The notes under the pieces: generated by a model
Database searches by the model: none
What the model was told of the DNA's origin: nothing
Seen by the model: the letters and a program-made list of their open reading frames with translations, nothing else
Position numbers and translations under genes: made by a program
Origin: Dimorphilus gyrociliatus
Lineage: Eukaryota; Animalia; Annelida
Length of the DNA: 64,000 nt
Reading direction: 5' to 3'
Assembly: GCA_904063045.1 (NCBI GenBank)
Contig: CAJFCJ010000009.1
Location: 414,942 to 478,941, forward strand
Shown: positions 13,297 through 27,300 of the stretch, piece by piece
Position numbering within the stretch: position 1 is the stretch's first letter
How the letters are laid out: each line of letters begins with the position of its first letter

Positions 13297-13875
13297 ATGG
13301 CAAAAGAAACTAGTTTGGGAAACAAACAATTAATTATATTGAGGCAAGGCATGGTATCTGGCATCTTTTGCGCCTGTATTGTTTTGTTTAGCGTTTATTA
13401 TGTAAACCCACCGAAATTTGAAGCAGAAATTGTAACAACTGGAATGCGTCTTGCATACGCTCTTCGATGGCAAGTCTTTTCTCATTTGTTTCTGTTCGGT
13501 ACTATTCAATTTGTTGCGTCTTCGAGGTTTACCAACGCAACGCTCATTAACCCGATTAAGACTACGGGATCCAGCGAAAAATTTGAAATTTTTAGAAGAG
13601 TATTAAGCAATACTGTCGAACAAATACTACTCAGCTCCTTACCTCAACTAGCTTTGTCAACTTGGTTGGATGAGACAAAATTGCAGTTGATACCGACACT
13701 TTCAATTCTATTCGTCCTAGGAAGAATATTATTTTTGATTGGTTATTTCGTAGGTGGGCCAGATAGAATATACAGAGGAATGGGCTATTCTGTGACAATT
13801 TCGCCAACGTTATTCTGTATTATTACACTTGTATATTACAATATTGTGTATGGACCAACTTATAATTTAAAGTAA
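13297..13875 (+). CDS. TMEM79-like / MAPEG-fold membrane protein, intronless CDS
   Basis: RRVLSNTVEQ...LSTWLDETKLQLIPTLSILFVLGRILFLIGY...RGMGYSVTISP resembles TMEM79 ([28 protein letters not shown]...RGFGYGLTFLP). Confidence 0.75.
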   Translation: MAKETSLGNKQLIILRQGMVSGIFCACIVLFSVYYVNPPKFEAEIVTTGMRLAYALRWQVFSHLFLFGTIQFVASSRFTNATLINPIKTTGSSEKFEIFRRVLSNTVEQILLSSLPQLALSTWLDETKLQLIPTLSILFVLGRILFLIGYFVGGPDRIYRGMGYSVTISPTLFCIITLVYYNIVYGPTYNLK

Positions 13876-14052
13876 TTAAAAATAATTTAAACACTTGGGC
13901 TTAATTTGTCGTTTAATTAATTCTCAAATTCAACTTTTTATTAAGCAAAAATAGATACCATCATTCGAGTTATTACTATATGTAAAAACAACTCAGACGT
14001 GATATAAAAAGAAACAACGAATTAAATTAATTTAACAAGGAAATTCAATAGC

Positions 14053-15346
14053 CTAAGCAATTTTCAACGATTCAAATAAGTAGTCTGTAGCGTCGATCAA
14101 ATTATCGTTTACTGGCAAAGGAGTAGACTTTACTTTCTTCCTAATTTGATCCGATGCCCAAGACATAGTTTTCAACATTTTCGTATGTTCCTTCTTTTCT
14201 TTTGGTTTTGTACTTGTAGCTAAAGTGTTTGTTGTCTATTAAAGAAAAAAAGAGACATAAAGTTATGCTTGATTAAAAATTATTACTTTTCTTTTAAATT
14301 CTTACCAAATAGAGTCCATAAAGGGCTCTCATATTGTTCGGGTTGATTTTTATCGCTTGCGCAAAGTATGATCTGGCTATATGTAAGTTATCCGCGGTTC
14401 CTTGTGTATATTTAATCTGGATAATATATTTAGTTTGTATTATTAAGCTAGGTCTAATACGAAACATGATTATTAGTCTTTTATTTTTACTTACTTCGGC
14501 GTATTTTTGATAGTATAGGTGATTATGAGGATTAGAAAGCAATAGTTCTTCCATGCAGAATGCTGCTTTTGCATAGTCTTGTTCACTTAAATATAAATCG
14601 CAAAGTTCCATCCAAGAGTCGTAATCGCTTTGAAAGCTGGAACATCCATTATTAGATAATCGCTAAAAGAATATATAAAACAAATACTAACTGTAGCAAG
14701 TGTTTGTTAAGCTCCTTGATGGCTTCCGATGATTGGTGCTGCGCTTTCAGTATTGCTATTTTTCGTTTTCTTGTCATCTAAAATAAATTAAAATATATTA
14801 ATTAACCATTTCAGATTCTAGAAGGTTTCTGTACCAAATCGGTTTCATCAGCTTTAAGAATTTTGTCGTAAATCTCTCGGGCTTCTTCAAACTTTCTTTT
14901 ACTTTCGTAGTACATTCCTTCCAGTCTCCTTACTCGTTGACTTGATGAAAATCTATGTCTTAGTTTTCTGATGCATTGCTATGTCAAGAGAATGGATTGA
15001 ATTAAGTGAGTTGTTTTAGGAGATAGGAAAAAATACTACTTCTGCTATGTCATCTCTACCGCAGTCCAACGCCGCAATTGCTACTTGTTCGTATATGACC
15101 CATGCTAAAAGATTAGCTGTTTAGATTATATTATCACATTGATTTTGGACAAAGTACCGTCATCTCCTAATTTATGCGTGAAATGAGATAAACAGTCGAT
15201 CCAAATTGCTATGACTTCGTGACTCTTACGATAACCATCCTCTCTAATTTTCTTCAGTGTTTCTACTGATTCTGTGTATATAACTGTTAGTCAAAACATT
15301 GAATTTGCTATTTAATCATCAAACCTTCCCAATTCATAGTCTTCAT
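14053..15346 (-). CDS. EMC2: ER membrane protein complex subunit 2 (TTC35), multi-exon
   Basis: [63 protein letters not shown] and [12 protein letters not shown] at 15346, stop at 14053-14055. Confidence 0.93.
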
Positions 15347-15528
15347 TGAACGATCATCAGTTTTCAAAATGGCCAACCGGATACACCTGAAACATGCATT
15401 TTCGTATTAAAACAATCGTTATAGAAAACTAGACATGTGTACTTTTATTTTAATTACTCTCTGATTTGTACATTTTATTGAATATTAATACTTTTGAAAA
15501 GTACGAAAATATTTATCTATTTTTGAGT

Positions 15529-15537
15529 TGAAGGTCA
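15529..15537 (+). promoter_or_regulatory. TNAAGGTCA (ERR/NR5A-type) extended half-site just upstream of the NDUFS4 ATG
   Basis: TGAAGGTCA followed by AGGCGA; motif match only. Confidence 0.3.
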
Positions 15538-15550
15538 AGGCGACTGAAAA

Positions 15551-16309
15551 ATGGCGAGCTTGAAGGTTGTCAACTTTTTGCAAGTTCTATCCCAAAGATC
15601 TTTGATCAGGTAAATACAATTAATAACATTGACACCCCTTTAATAGTGTAACTATTTTAAATAAATTGTTTGAAAAAATAGATCGTTTCATGCTTCAAAT
15701 CAACACTTTGTTGACATTATACATCGGCCCGTAACACTTTCGGGAGATAAAAATAAAATAACAATAAATAACACGGTAAGAAAACATATATAAACGGCTG
15801 TAGATAAGGTTTTCTAAAAGAGTTGTAATGTTGATAATTGCAGGAAGATATCAGTGTTATATCTGGAGTACCGGAGGAACATATAAAAGAGCGTAGAGTG
15901 AGAATATTCGTTCCACCTAAGAATGCTATGCAGAGCGGGACCCATGGTTCTAAAACTTGGAGACTAGAGTTTGATACTAGAGAGAGATGGGAAAATCCTC
16001 TTATGGGTTGGAGCTCAACGGGCGATCCTTTGTCAAACACTCACGTAGAATTTTCATCTAAAGAGGATGCAGCTGCCTTTTGCGAAAAGAATGGTAAAGT
16101 GTTTTCTTCTGTACACTTTAGACATTTTAAAACATTATAAAGTATTAGCCTAAGAGAATATGATGTAAATTTATTTTGCCATTGCTTATCTTCCAAAATT
16201 CTCAGGTTGGAAGTACCAAATTGACGAGAGAAACTGGCTTCAAACAAGACCCAAATCATACGGGGCAAACTTCTCTTGGAATAAACGTACAAGGATAGGC
16301 TCTAAGTAA
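15551..16309 (+). CDS. NDUFS4: NADH dehydrogenase (ubiquinone) Fe-S protein 4, multi-exon
   Basis: [23 protein letters not shown]...[23 protein letters not shown] and terminal [18 protein letters not shown]. Confidence 0.96.
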
Positions 16310-17458
16310 ATGGAACGGACTGTTTATATACAACTATTTGAAGTTGTTTGAAAATGTATTATAATAAAGAAAAATAGAATTTTTATTAAAATATTCTGGA
16401 ATCATAAATATTTAAAAACTTAACACACAAGAAGATTTATTGGCTCAGAATGTACAATGCAAAACCCTGAAATTTTTCCCATTTAGTTGATTTATTAACG
16501 TTCTTTTAAAAAGAGCAGTTAATTTAGTTGTTTGATAGAAACTAATGAAAAGTAAGTAGAAAATGATTTATTATACTGCATTTATTTTTCAACGTGCAGC
16601 CTTCTCTTCCCTTCAAAATTCTTTCAAATGCTAATACTAATAATCAAGATGAGAATTATTTACTTTCTCATTTATTTGAGTACTTTTAAACGTAAAGTTA
16701 CAATTATCAAATATTAATGTCCAAAGGGAGAGATTCTTGCTCAAAAGGGTAATAAAGGTCCAATTTTTTTTCCGATATATTACCAAGCTTCATTGATAAT
16801 AGCAAACATTCAAATTGAGACGGATGAAGTCTTTTGAAGACTTTTATAATTCATGCTTTCGCATGTTTAAGGTTGAAAAATTACGAAATTAAAGCATAAT
16901 AAATAACAGGATAAGCCTTAGCCAGAGCAATGTAATCCAATCTTTAACCTCGTTCCCTTTCCATTCCGTTGCAAACATTCTCAGATTGTAACATTTTGTT
17001 CTTGTTGATCCATATTAATGAATATGTATACATACTGTATATATAGTATAAAAAGGAAAGAGATACTCCAAATTCCTAAAGAGTGAAATTTTTAAATCAA
17101 TTGTACTTAAATTACTAAAGTGGCTGAGACAAAAGGGTTGCTAAATGGTATTTATTGAATTTAACCTCTTTATTCCTATTTGGCCATCAAATTTTGTCAG
17201 CCAAAAGTTCTAGGTTTAGCCATTATACATTACGTTCATATTGAGCAAATTGTACTTCTTTTGAAACGTTCTCCTTTCGTTATCCAGAAAACGTTAAAAA
17301 TATTATAATATATTGAGACTCTTTTAATTTTTTTGGCTCTTTAAACTTCAAAAGTAATTGTATTTTTGCATTATACTTTCTATCTTGTCTTATACTTTGA
17401 AAAGCTATATATCTGATGCGTCTTAAAAAAAAAAACGTCATAATTATTTTTGTGCAAA

Positions 17459-19645
17459 ATGAGGACGGTATCCTTTAAAGAAAATCTAACTTTTCTTTAT
17501 GATGGAATGGTTTCTTCTAATGCATTGTCTTTTGGGGATGTAGATAATGATGGAGTATGTAAAATAGTCTAATTTTCGTGTTGTTCTTTATTATCGTTTA
17601 TAATAATAGAAAAATGAAATGTTTCTTGGCACAACATCAGGTGATATATTCATTTATAAGTTCGACAGTAAATATCCATGGAAGACAGCTGGCAACTTGC
17701 ACATGGTTTGCTAACTAAATTTGATTATGTCCTTGATACATTTTATTACCGCCGATTCTAACAGATAACGTCAGTCGGATGTGGACCGGTCTGTAATACT
17801 GGAAAAGTAATTATATATAAGTACAGTTAACACTATTTTAACCTTTAACTAATCGTTTCTTCAGAATCTGCTAGTATGTTTAACTGTTGAAGGATGGTGC
17901 TATTTTTTCGATATTTCACCAACTAATGACGAATCGGATAATTTTATTCCATCAACTCCATTTGATTCCGTAAGTAACGAATTGTTTCTATAAGCAATGC
18001 ATGTTTTTGCATATTATGTGACATAACGTAAATTACGGAACGCAGTCAAGTCGTTTCGTGGGGGAGGAAGCGAAACCGGAACTTGAGAACGATGAAGGGG
18101 ATGCTATTTCGGCTAACCATTCAGAAGATGATCAATTTTCCGATTTTGATAATTTAGGAGAGTCGCAAAATGATTTCAATTTTGATGCCAATAACGAATC
18201 TATGAACATTTATAGTAACGCTTATACTATAACGCCCAGTTTTCAACAGAAACTATTGCCGAACAATAAGTGCTTCTGCATTACTGATATAAGTCTGTAC
18301 TTGTATCTTTAAAATTCTTTCATATCGTCTAACTGATAAGGAATTTCTCGATTTCCACAAAATTAGATAAAGATGGTGAAGTAGAGTTAGTTATTGGCTA
18401 TAGCGATAGGAAAGTACGAGCTTTTAAATGGTCTGAAAATGAATTTAAATTGGTCGAGGAGTGGACACTAGCCGGTTTATTAGGATCAGTGTCATGGTGT
18501 AATAATCCCGATTTGCAATCGGTTGATTTAATCGTCTCACAGCCGGGTGGGACTTATTGTACCTTGAAATTTCCCGACTCGTTTGTATATAATAATTTAA
18601 TTTTGTAAATAGCAAACAAAAGTGTTTTTGTTAAAATGAGCTTTTCGACTTCAGAGATAAAGTTAACTCGGAATTTCCAGGACCCTATTTGTTCTACCAT
18701 CCTCTGGGGTCGAGACGAGCGAGAAATCCCGATATAAGTACAGAGGTTATTGGCAACATAAAGAGGTGTAAAGATGGAGAGACTGTTTACTATTCGGCTA
18801 TTTGCACACTTGATGGTTTATATTCGTTTTTTTAGAGTAATATTTTTAACTAAATATTTCTTTTTCAGGTACAATAACAGTAGTTGATTATGATAGGATA
18901 ATTTGGTCTCTCATAGTCGATCGAAAATTATTTAGTTTACATAAAATTGATATAATGGTAATATAACTCTTAGATAGATTGTCGTTTATAATTACAGTCA
19001 ATGAACAGGGGGACGGCTCCGAGGAAATAGTAGCATGCTCTTGGGACGGGCATACTTATATAATAAGTCTAGACCAGGATGTAGTTCGATTCGATTTTCC
19101 ACAGCACGTTGCTTCCTTTTCAACCGGTTGTAATGTTTTCTTTTAATTTACCACAAAGATTGCAGAGTTTATAATTATTATTCATTATTCAGGTAGTTAT
19201 TGTTCGACAGAGAAAGATTATAATAAGCCATGTTTGGCATATGCTTCGTTCGATGGATGTATTAGAGTTTACAATAATTTACCTTTGTCATCAATTTCCA
19301 TAAAATCACTGGAATCTGATTTAAAGCAAAATGCAGCCGTCAAATCTATTATAGATCAGTACTTTGCAAGTTCACCTGGTATATTATGCTACTTTGCTTA
19401 ATTAAATAAAAGCATATTGTTTTCTTTTCTGGTTATTATTTATAATTTCAAAAACTTCATTTTCAAAAATAGATCCTACGAAAGCAACGGCGAGTGCAGA
19501 ATCTATCCTTTGTCAACTATCCAATTATGCTTTATATGGCCTTAGTCTAAATTTGCAAAGACGCTTATCCAATCCGATACACCTCGTTCAAAAGAAGAGA
19601 AAAGCCAGATCAAGGTCACCAAAAACTACGAAACCACAAAGTTAA
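17459..19645 (+). CDS. ITFG2: KICSTOR subunit ITFG2 (integrin-alpha FG-GAP repeat-containing 2), multi-exon
   Basis: MRTVSF...GDVDNDG, PWKTA, KDGEVELVIGYSDRKVRAFKW, DLIVSQPGGTY, SAICTLDG and EEIVACSWDGHTYII match ITFG2. Stop at 19643-19645. Confidence 0.88.
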
Positions 19646-22600
19646 CTGAAACACGCGAACAATAAATTAATTAGTTATTCCCACGGCACTCTTGTCGCCG
19701 TTAAGTAGCAGCTGCTTGTAATAAAAAAAAAAAGATAAAATATGAAGAAACTTAAGGGAGAATTTGAATAGGCAGGTAATAGGGGGATGAATGCAAGGAT
19801 AGAAGGTAGGGGCGAAAGGAAATTTTCCTGGGTAAGGTAAGTAATTTATTCTTTGCCATCATTTCTTCCTTTTTGATAACAAATGAGCTGTAATAAGCTC
19901 AATTATTTCCTCAACGTTTCTTTCTGAGAAATATTTTCTAGTAACGAGCGATTAGAATAAAAAATTTCTCTTGCTATTAAATGTCGATATTAATCTGAAC
20001 TATTTTCTACTGGGAATCGAGCGAAAGTCAATTGATTAGTATCGGTTTTCTTTATCGCATAATTCTGGCATTCAATTACTTATATCGATTCGTTATTAAT
20101 ACTTTCATAGGAAATTTTTCTTTCACCTAAAACAAGGAGCCTTGTAATTATATAGTATGGTGTGCCAAACTTCATACTATTTTTTTCCAGGAGTTGTATA
20201 GAGCTGTTTGTCTTGTAATTATCCCCGAGCTGTCTGTTCCATTGGTAAGGTAAGCAAACTATGAATCGACCTAAGTTTGCCTTCCTAGACTTTTCATGCT
20301 TTCTTTTTTTTGCATAAGTATACGGAATAATTGATTGTTATCGAATAAACTATTCATGGAAGGCTTCAATTTCTGCAATTTGCTGGTTTTTTTTTACGAC
20401 CCACACGGTTCAATAACAATCGATGACGTCATTAAAGCACATTGCGGGAAAAGAATATGTCATGCGTACTTTAACTCTGATGTCCGATTTCAGCTGTAGA
20501 GATATATCACGTAATTTATACGTATGGTATATATACAGAACGATTCCTTTAAAGTGTAACATCTATGTATTTGTTTCTTATATCGCATCACAGTTGACGA
20601 TAGAAACTTTCTTTTCCTTCCCATATTCTTTATTTAGGATATTATTTATTTATTTATTTATTTATTCAAGACAGAAACGTTGTATGAATTATAAAACTAA
20701 ATTGAGGTGTTGGTGACAAACTGGGATGTTGAGTAATTAATCAGGTTTACACTTTATGATACCAGTAATTTATGAAAGTTCCTTTTTATTATTAATTCAT
20801 TCCAGCTAATTTTTAAGCTAGTTTGTCTGAAGTAGGATAAAAGAGGATTAAAAAAAAAAGTGATTCCTTTTCATGGAATTAGTTCAAATTCAAGTCAGAA
20901 TTAGTCTCTTGACGAGTTTGGACAGGCCAAAAGCGCTAAAAAAAGCACAATAAATCCTCTTTATTTTTCGCCTTGTTCGTCATAATCAATAGCACGCCTC
21001 GTTTAAGTCTGTTTAGGCAAACTATGTGATGATAGAAAGAAATTTATGTCTAACAAATTGTATAAACGATCGTGATGAAAAGTATCATATAAACCAAGTA
21101 CTGTAAATATAGAATAGGTAAAAATTGCTCTAAATATTTTAATATATACTATGCATATAGCGTATATATTTATTTATATTCTTTTAATAGTTTCATATGA
21201 TACCTAACTATAGTCTAATTCTGTCTACTGTTTATAGAGTTTATTGATATTCTCGTAGTTTATTTATAAATATAATAGACGTCTAAATATATACTTATAT
21301 ATATATATATAATTTTTTTTTATTCATTTAGCTTGCATGTATACTTTCATATATTTACAATATCATATTTTTGGCTTAGAGGTGAAACACTCCCAAGAGC
21401 AATTTACTATTTCCTAGCTTTTCTCTCTGGCATGAACTTCCGGTAATTTTAAGTTATTAATTCATCTTTCCATGATGTAACTACTCTAAAAGTCTAAAAG
21501 AAAAGTTGCATAAACATAAAAGGAAAAAGATAAAAGAGCAGAAAATTGAATATTAACTCAAGAGATTACCATATTAAACTATGAAAATTATTGTTTTATT
21601 GTTGTTTGGAAACTCTATTTTCATTAGTACCACAAACGCCAAAAGACATAATTAAAAAAGAAAATGAAATAATAAAAGGCGATGGGAAGTAGTAGTTGAT
21701 CATAATAAAGAGCTAGCTAAGAATATAATTAATCAAAAGTCTATTTCCTATTTGGCGTCATTATAGGACGATAACTGGTAGGCTCCAGCCCTAAGTAAAT
21801 TGATAATATACCTAGCAATGGTTTAATGTCAAAATATTTGATGGATGGACTTGGTGCTTAGCTTTAAAAGAGCTGATCAGTAGCTTTTTCCTCAATATGC
21901 GAAAGAAAATTATGATTAACTAAGCCGTAGACGAGAAAAGCTTGTCAGACTTATCCTGGGACAATAGGAATAGAGCTCATTCATCAATTGCACTATTGAT
22001 ACGGACATTGTACGGAATGGTGGTGACCTATATTGATTTCGATCGTAAATTAATGACGCTCGATAACAGACCCTGGTCTCCTTTCTACTCCCAATTCGCA
22101 CTAAATTTCCTCTGCCGTCCACTTCACACTTATTCCCACATCGGAGGGAATAAAGGCGATTTGCCATTTTTCCGCGAAAAAAGTATTGATGTAAATAAAT
22201 AGAAAGGAAAAGAATAAGTTTTAGACCGCATCGAATGTGTTCAGAGTTTATAGGTACACTTCAGCTCAATACCCATGACAGTATCGCGTAAAAGGGCGCA
22301 AATTAAATCTGCACTCGGAGTTTTTCGAAGGTTTCTCGCGACAAACGCCGAGTTTCTTGGACGACCGTCTGTCAGCTTGAGTTTGCTTCACATCGCCGAG
22401 TATTCATTGACAAAGTTACAATCGCATTCACGAGGCGGCATTGCTGTAGCGGCTCGAAAGTAGAACTCAAATACGATCAAGTCGAGAAAAAGTGAGAGGA
22501 AAAGAGAAAGAAACAGTAAGAGGAGAGCTGTCCTTTAATGAATTCTTGAGCAAATTTTGTATTGTTCACACGGTTGATACCGTAAAGTGGATTTACTCTG

Positions 22601-22683
22601 TTGCGTATTTCTAGTTGTTTGTACAGGTGGCGCTCGCTTAGAGGATTCGTCAGTGATCAACCGAGTTTTCATACCTTAACACT

Positions 22684-23277
22684 ATGCTGTATCGGATCGA
22701 CATGACCTGCTCTAAGACGTCGGTGACTCTTTTCTTAGGTCTTATTTTATCTACAGCCGGTTTTGTTCTTACTCTGGCCGGTTGGTTTGCCCCTCCAATA
22801 AATTCATACGTTGAACGAATCCGGTTAACCGGTCCCATAATTCTTCTAATCGGTATGGGATTACTAATAATCTCGTGTCTGTTATGCGTCTACGTGCAGG
22901 GAAAATGTTGCTCATTCTGCTATTCGGACGCCTCTGCATTGAAGGAGTCGTTCGATTCCTCTCCAACTTCTCAAGCCTTCCAATCTCCATCGGCCACCTC
23001 AGCCGGTCTAGGGGAAGAATACAATTGCGTTCACCTCAATGAGGAGAAAACGAAAAAACGGAAAACGAGGACTAATAATTTGGATACAGTTACCTACTTG
23101 CCACCAGACAATCCTACAGCGTCACTTGTAGGACTAGATGAGGAGCCATCAACATCAGCAGCAGATCACCCTTTAAGGGTTGGCCCTCCGCCTTCGTACG
23201 GCGATTTGCAGTTGCGTCGTAGCGAACGGCGAAAAGTCAAATGCAGTTCCATTGAAGAGGACACGTTCATTTTGTGA
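22684..23277 (+). CDS. Small two-TM hairpin membrane protein (TMEM171/174/PIRT-like layout) with a Cys cluster and a PPxY motif
   Basis: Two hydrophobic segments (..LGLILSTAGFVLTLAGWF.. and ..GPIILLIGMGLLIISCLLC), then KCCSFC and PPPSY in the tail. A splice acceptor at about 22627 suggests a 5'UTR intron. Confidence 0.7.
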   Translation: MLYRIDMTCSKTSVTLFLGLILSTAGFVLTLAGWFAPPINSYVERIRLTGPIILLIGMGLLIISCLLCVYVQGKCCSFCYSDASALKESFDSSPTSQAFQSPSATSAGLGEEYNCVHLNEEKTKKRKTRTNNLDTVTYLPPDNPTASLVGLDEEPSTSAADHPLRVGPPPSYGDLQLRRSERRKVKCSSIEEDTFIL

Positions 23278-24163
23278 TATTGGATGAATAGAGCATTGAT
23301 TGGCCTACGTGTATTCGTATTTTTTTTACTATGAAAAAACAGTTGTATATATACTGTTTATATACATAAATATTCATACAGTTTTCTCTAGTCGACGACA
23401 ATTACATTATATAATGCGTAAGTATGAAATAAATGTTATAAGTATATTCAGTATTATTATAAAAGTTGTATATTTGTGCATCGTGTATACTTTTATATAA
23501 ATATTCTGAATATACAATGCATACTTATATACATATATTTTGTAAATATACACACATATATATATATATATTTGTGTGTATACTAATAATGTATCGATAT
23601 ATCTATGTTTGTATACGGGTGCTCAATTATATTGAAAACGTCAAAAATTACCAGGTTGTTTATACTGTTATACTGTGTACATTGCAGTATATGAACGGTT
23701 AAGTAAATAGAAACTAACTTTATTTGTTTATTTTTACAAAGTAATTCTCAGTTTTTTCTGCGATTTTAATCCATTAAAACTTGATTAAAAGAGAATTGGA
23801 AGAATTTTCCTTCTCTCTTTTTTAGAAAGAAAGCATAAAATAAAAGTAAGTATGGAAAGAGGAGAGAGACAAACAACAGTGGGAATAATTCGTACTAAGT
23901 TCATTTTTCTTATTTTTTTTATTGATTATCTAATGAAAGCTAAAAGGAAACAAAAATTTTATTTTCTACGTATCTATATCATATTTTTCCTATCGTTAGC
24001 GATCTTCCTTGATAGATTCCTACTATTGCTAGTTCTGTTTTTTTTAATAGATACTAATATATTATATTAAGTTGTTTTCTTTGATATTATTAATTATAAA
24101 ATAAGATATGTATTCGTTTCAATTTTGTTCCTACCCTTTATACCCCTTCCTTTCTTATCTATT

Positions 24164-24345
24164 CCTCTCTCTCTCTCTCTCTCTCTCTGTATCTCTCCCT
24201 CTCTCGCTCTCTCGCGCTCTTTGTCTCTCTCTCTCTTTCTCTCTCTCTCACTTTCTCACTCTCTCTTTCTCTCTTTCCCTCTCACCCTCTCACTCTCTCG
24301 CTTTATCAGCTTATCTATCTCTATATCTCTCTTTCATTCTGTATC
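24164..24345. repeat. Degenerate (CT)n low-complexity tract
   Basis: About 180 nt of interrupted CT repeats; source of spurious LS-rich ORFs. Confidence 0.9.
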
Positions 24346-27300
24346 TTCAATACTCTTTGTTTTCTGATATATTTTATTATTTTTACTCCCTATTCTATTT
24401 TAATCCATATTTTCCCATCAAAAGGCTTCAATATTATGTATTTAATGAGTTTATTAATAACAGCTGTTACTTTAAAAAAAGTTAAAATATTATTCACGAA
24501 TCCGTCAATCCAAAATGACCTAATTTAGCCTTTGGATGTTACTAGTTGTGCTTCCTTAAGCTTGTTCAATGAAATTTTTACTACTACAAGAGATAAGCTT
24601 TTAGTATTATTCGTTTTCCCGCTTCATTGATATTTTAAAAAAATTACAAAAGGAAGAAAAAATCAAAGAAAGCTGTTGATTTGTAAAGAACTCAGCAGAC
24701 GAGTTATACGTACCTTGGAGGATAGCCGGGTCTGTAAAGTCTATATTTATAATACATGGTAAATTCTTGTTCTTTTGGATGTCTTGAATTTCAGTTTGCA
24801 CCAATATGATTTATTGTAAAATACTGCATATATACTTATAGTTTAATGCATAGGTGTAGTCTGTAGATACTAGTGGCATTCACACAAGATTAAGGTATAT
24901 TACAACTGGAAAAGTGTAAGCACCGTGTTGAAAAACTATACATATATTTTTCGTATTATATACTATATATCATATGGGAGACCAACGACGGAAAATGCAT
25001 TAGGCATTTGCGGAAACGATTCGTAAAAGCGTTAGCCGTAAAAGAGATTGCTGTATAGTGTGCTCGACTGCAAAACGCGGAAATTTCGCTGTTTTGCTTG
25101 CTCGTCGAATAATAATACTTACTTTAGCATCTGCTAAAACATTCCAAAACCTTACTTGTTCTTCGATCTGGTTTATATACAAGCAAATTTGATACGCATT
25201 ATTCCTAGTTGGAATAGACAAACAATGAACAAAACTATACAGTACTTAAACGAGAAGAATAAATGATCGTTTAATATTTTTTTCTAGTTGAGCGAATCTT
25301 TACAGGTTATTTTATTTGTGATCTTCTTATTCGGACGAATTGTGTCAGATCAAATGGATAAAGAACAAGTTACGTCTTCTTTAAAATCAAGTTTTATTTT
25401 ATACAGCATCCGCGGAAAAATCCTTGCAATCGTTAATTAGATAAAAAAGAAAAAATCGATAACTTTTTTTTACCATCTCTCCTATTTTCTATCTTCTCCA
25501 TCCTCCTCCCCCTTCCACCTCCATCGCATTTACCATAACCTTCATGTATTCACATATCCCCTTCCTCAATTTGTTCCTAATTCTTTTTCAACAGATTTGT
25601 GGAGCGTTAAAAACCTAAAGAAACCATCTTAATAGGAAATCGGTGAGCGTCTAAGTCAGTGAGAGTCTACGTGACACTAAACTAAATATATTGTATATAA
25701 GAGTACAATAGGAAAAGCGAATCGGAAATAGTACGGCATCTTCCTTCAAATGAAGTGCGAATTAGCCGGACTAAGGGATATATATGATTCTTACATAATT
25801 TATATAAACCTATATAGGCGTCCCGGGAGCGATAAAAGACGTTTGTACAGAAAAAATGGAAAAAGGGGTCGCGATTAGAAGGTCGTACTCTTGACGCCTC
25901 TTAAATTATTTCATCACGTGACTAACTACCTTATTGTAAAAAGTTATTTGAAAAGGAAGAGCAGGTCTATAATCTGTATATGATCGCGTGACGTCGAGGG
26001 AATCAAATCTGGCCTGAAATTAGCATTTTCATTCAGAGACGATTAGAGTTTAGATGCGTACTTAAAAAAGATTCGAGAAAGATGCCAATTGATAAATAAC
26101 TTAAAAATTCTGTCCTCTTCATATATTGTTTATTCTATATAAATAGTATATGACATACAATCGATCTTGAATGAAAGAGACTTTCGATACTTGAATAATG
26201 AAGACTGAAGTAGGATCTTTTTCGAACTGTAAGTAACCCCCAACTAGTTCTGCTGGCTTTGGTGTTGCAAAGCATAAAAGACGGCTTCAGGGCATATCTT
26301 TATTTAGTAAAGAGACCACCAGCATTTACTTAAGCCGGGTTTTCTCTTTTCTCAGCTCCTCTTATTTGTTGGTTTCACTTTCATAAGAAATAGGTTGATA
26401 CTAGGAAGAAAGAAGACTATCTTTTCATCCAATTTTCCTAAAAACATCTAATATATCTAATTCAATATAATATATTTAAGTAGTAAAAAATTTAGCCTTT
26501 TACTTTACCTTTTTCCACTTATGTTTCGTATAATTGTTTTTCATTATTCCATCCTTTTTTCCTATTCCTTTTTTCTCTATCCTTTTTTGCCTATAGCCCG
26601 ACTTAATTACGTCCGCTGACTCCGTCCCCCGTCTCGGATATTGCCTTATCCACAGTTTCGAATTGAGATTCGCTAAAAAGTAATTAAGTTTTTGTTTTTA
26701 TTCATTGATTTTTTCCCTTTTGTCTTTCTGGTAGTGAAGAGCTTTTGAAGAACTTCTTTTCTATTATTGTTTTTATTTTCTTTATATTGTTGTAACTAAG
26801 CTGTTTACAGTTTATCACAACTTCTGACAACACACCTTACGGCTTAATCTATCATGTTATAATTCCAAAATATCAATCTTTTCCTGTGTTAGGAACCCCT
26901 TTCGAGAGGAATGTACGGAAGGAAACAGGTCCTTCTTGACTGATTAAAACGATTACTCTGATAGTATGTTATTTTTCATCAAGTCGTTGGTTTTCTAGAC
27001 ACTAGGCTTATGCTTGTCTGGGCACATGGAAATAAGTATTCGACAATGAATATTAACATGTAGTTTATTAAAGAGATTCAGTTCAAATGTCAATAAATAG
27101 AGGTGGCAGAGAGTAATTACCTAAAAACCTTCTCTAAAGGCGAAATATACTTATTACTCAGTGCATGTACTGCAAATAGACGTTTTGTTTTGACTATAAC
27201 CTATTCTAAGCAATCAGCATGAGTAATCCCTGGCAAGGACGAATGATTTATAGAGCGAGGGGACGTCCAAATTGGTAAGTGCTGTCCGAGATAGCGTCTA

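Noticed and set aside
13297-13875. Horizontal transfer of the intronless MAPEG-like gene (bacterial-style NTxEQ motif)
   Set aside because: Base composition matches the host, TMEM79-like genes are widespread in animals, and other host genes here also have long exons. A phylogeny would be needed to support transfer.
16310-17458. Possible hidden gene between NDUFS4 and ITFG2
   Set aside because: Only short ORFs without recognisable similarity were found in the frames inspected.
17468-17476. GTATCCTTT U12-type 5' splice consensus in ITFG2
   Set aside because: It lies in conserved coding sequence (MRTVSF, matching human MRSVSY) with no matching U12 branch site.
21916-22463. Several 60-86 aa ORFs upstream of the 2-TM gene
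   Set aside because: No homology, motifs or splice-consistent structure; probably promoter or 5'UTR sequence.
24108-24485. LS-rich ORFs of 125 and 80 aa (also 28166-28399 and 43249-43512)
   Set aside because: They are translations of CT/GA microsatellites.
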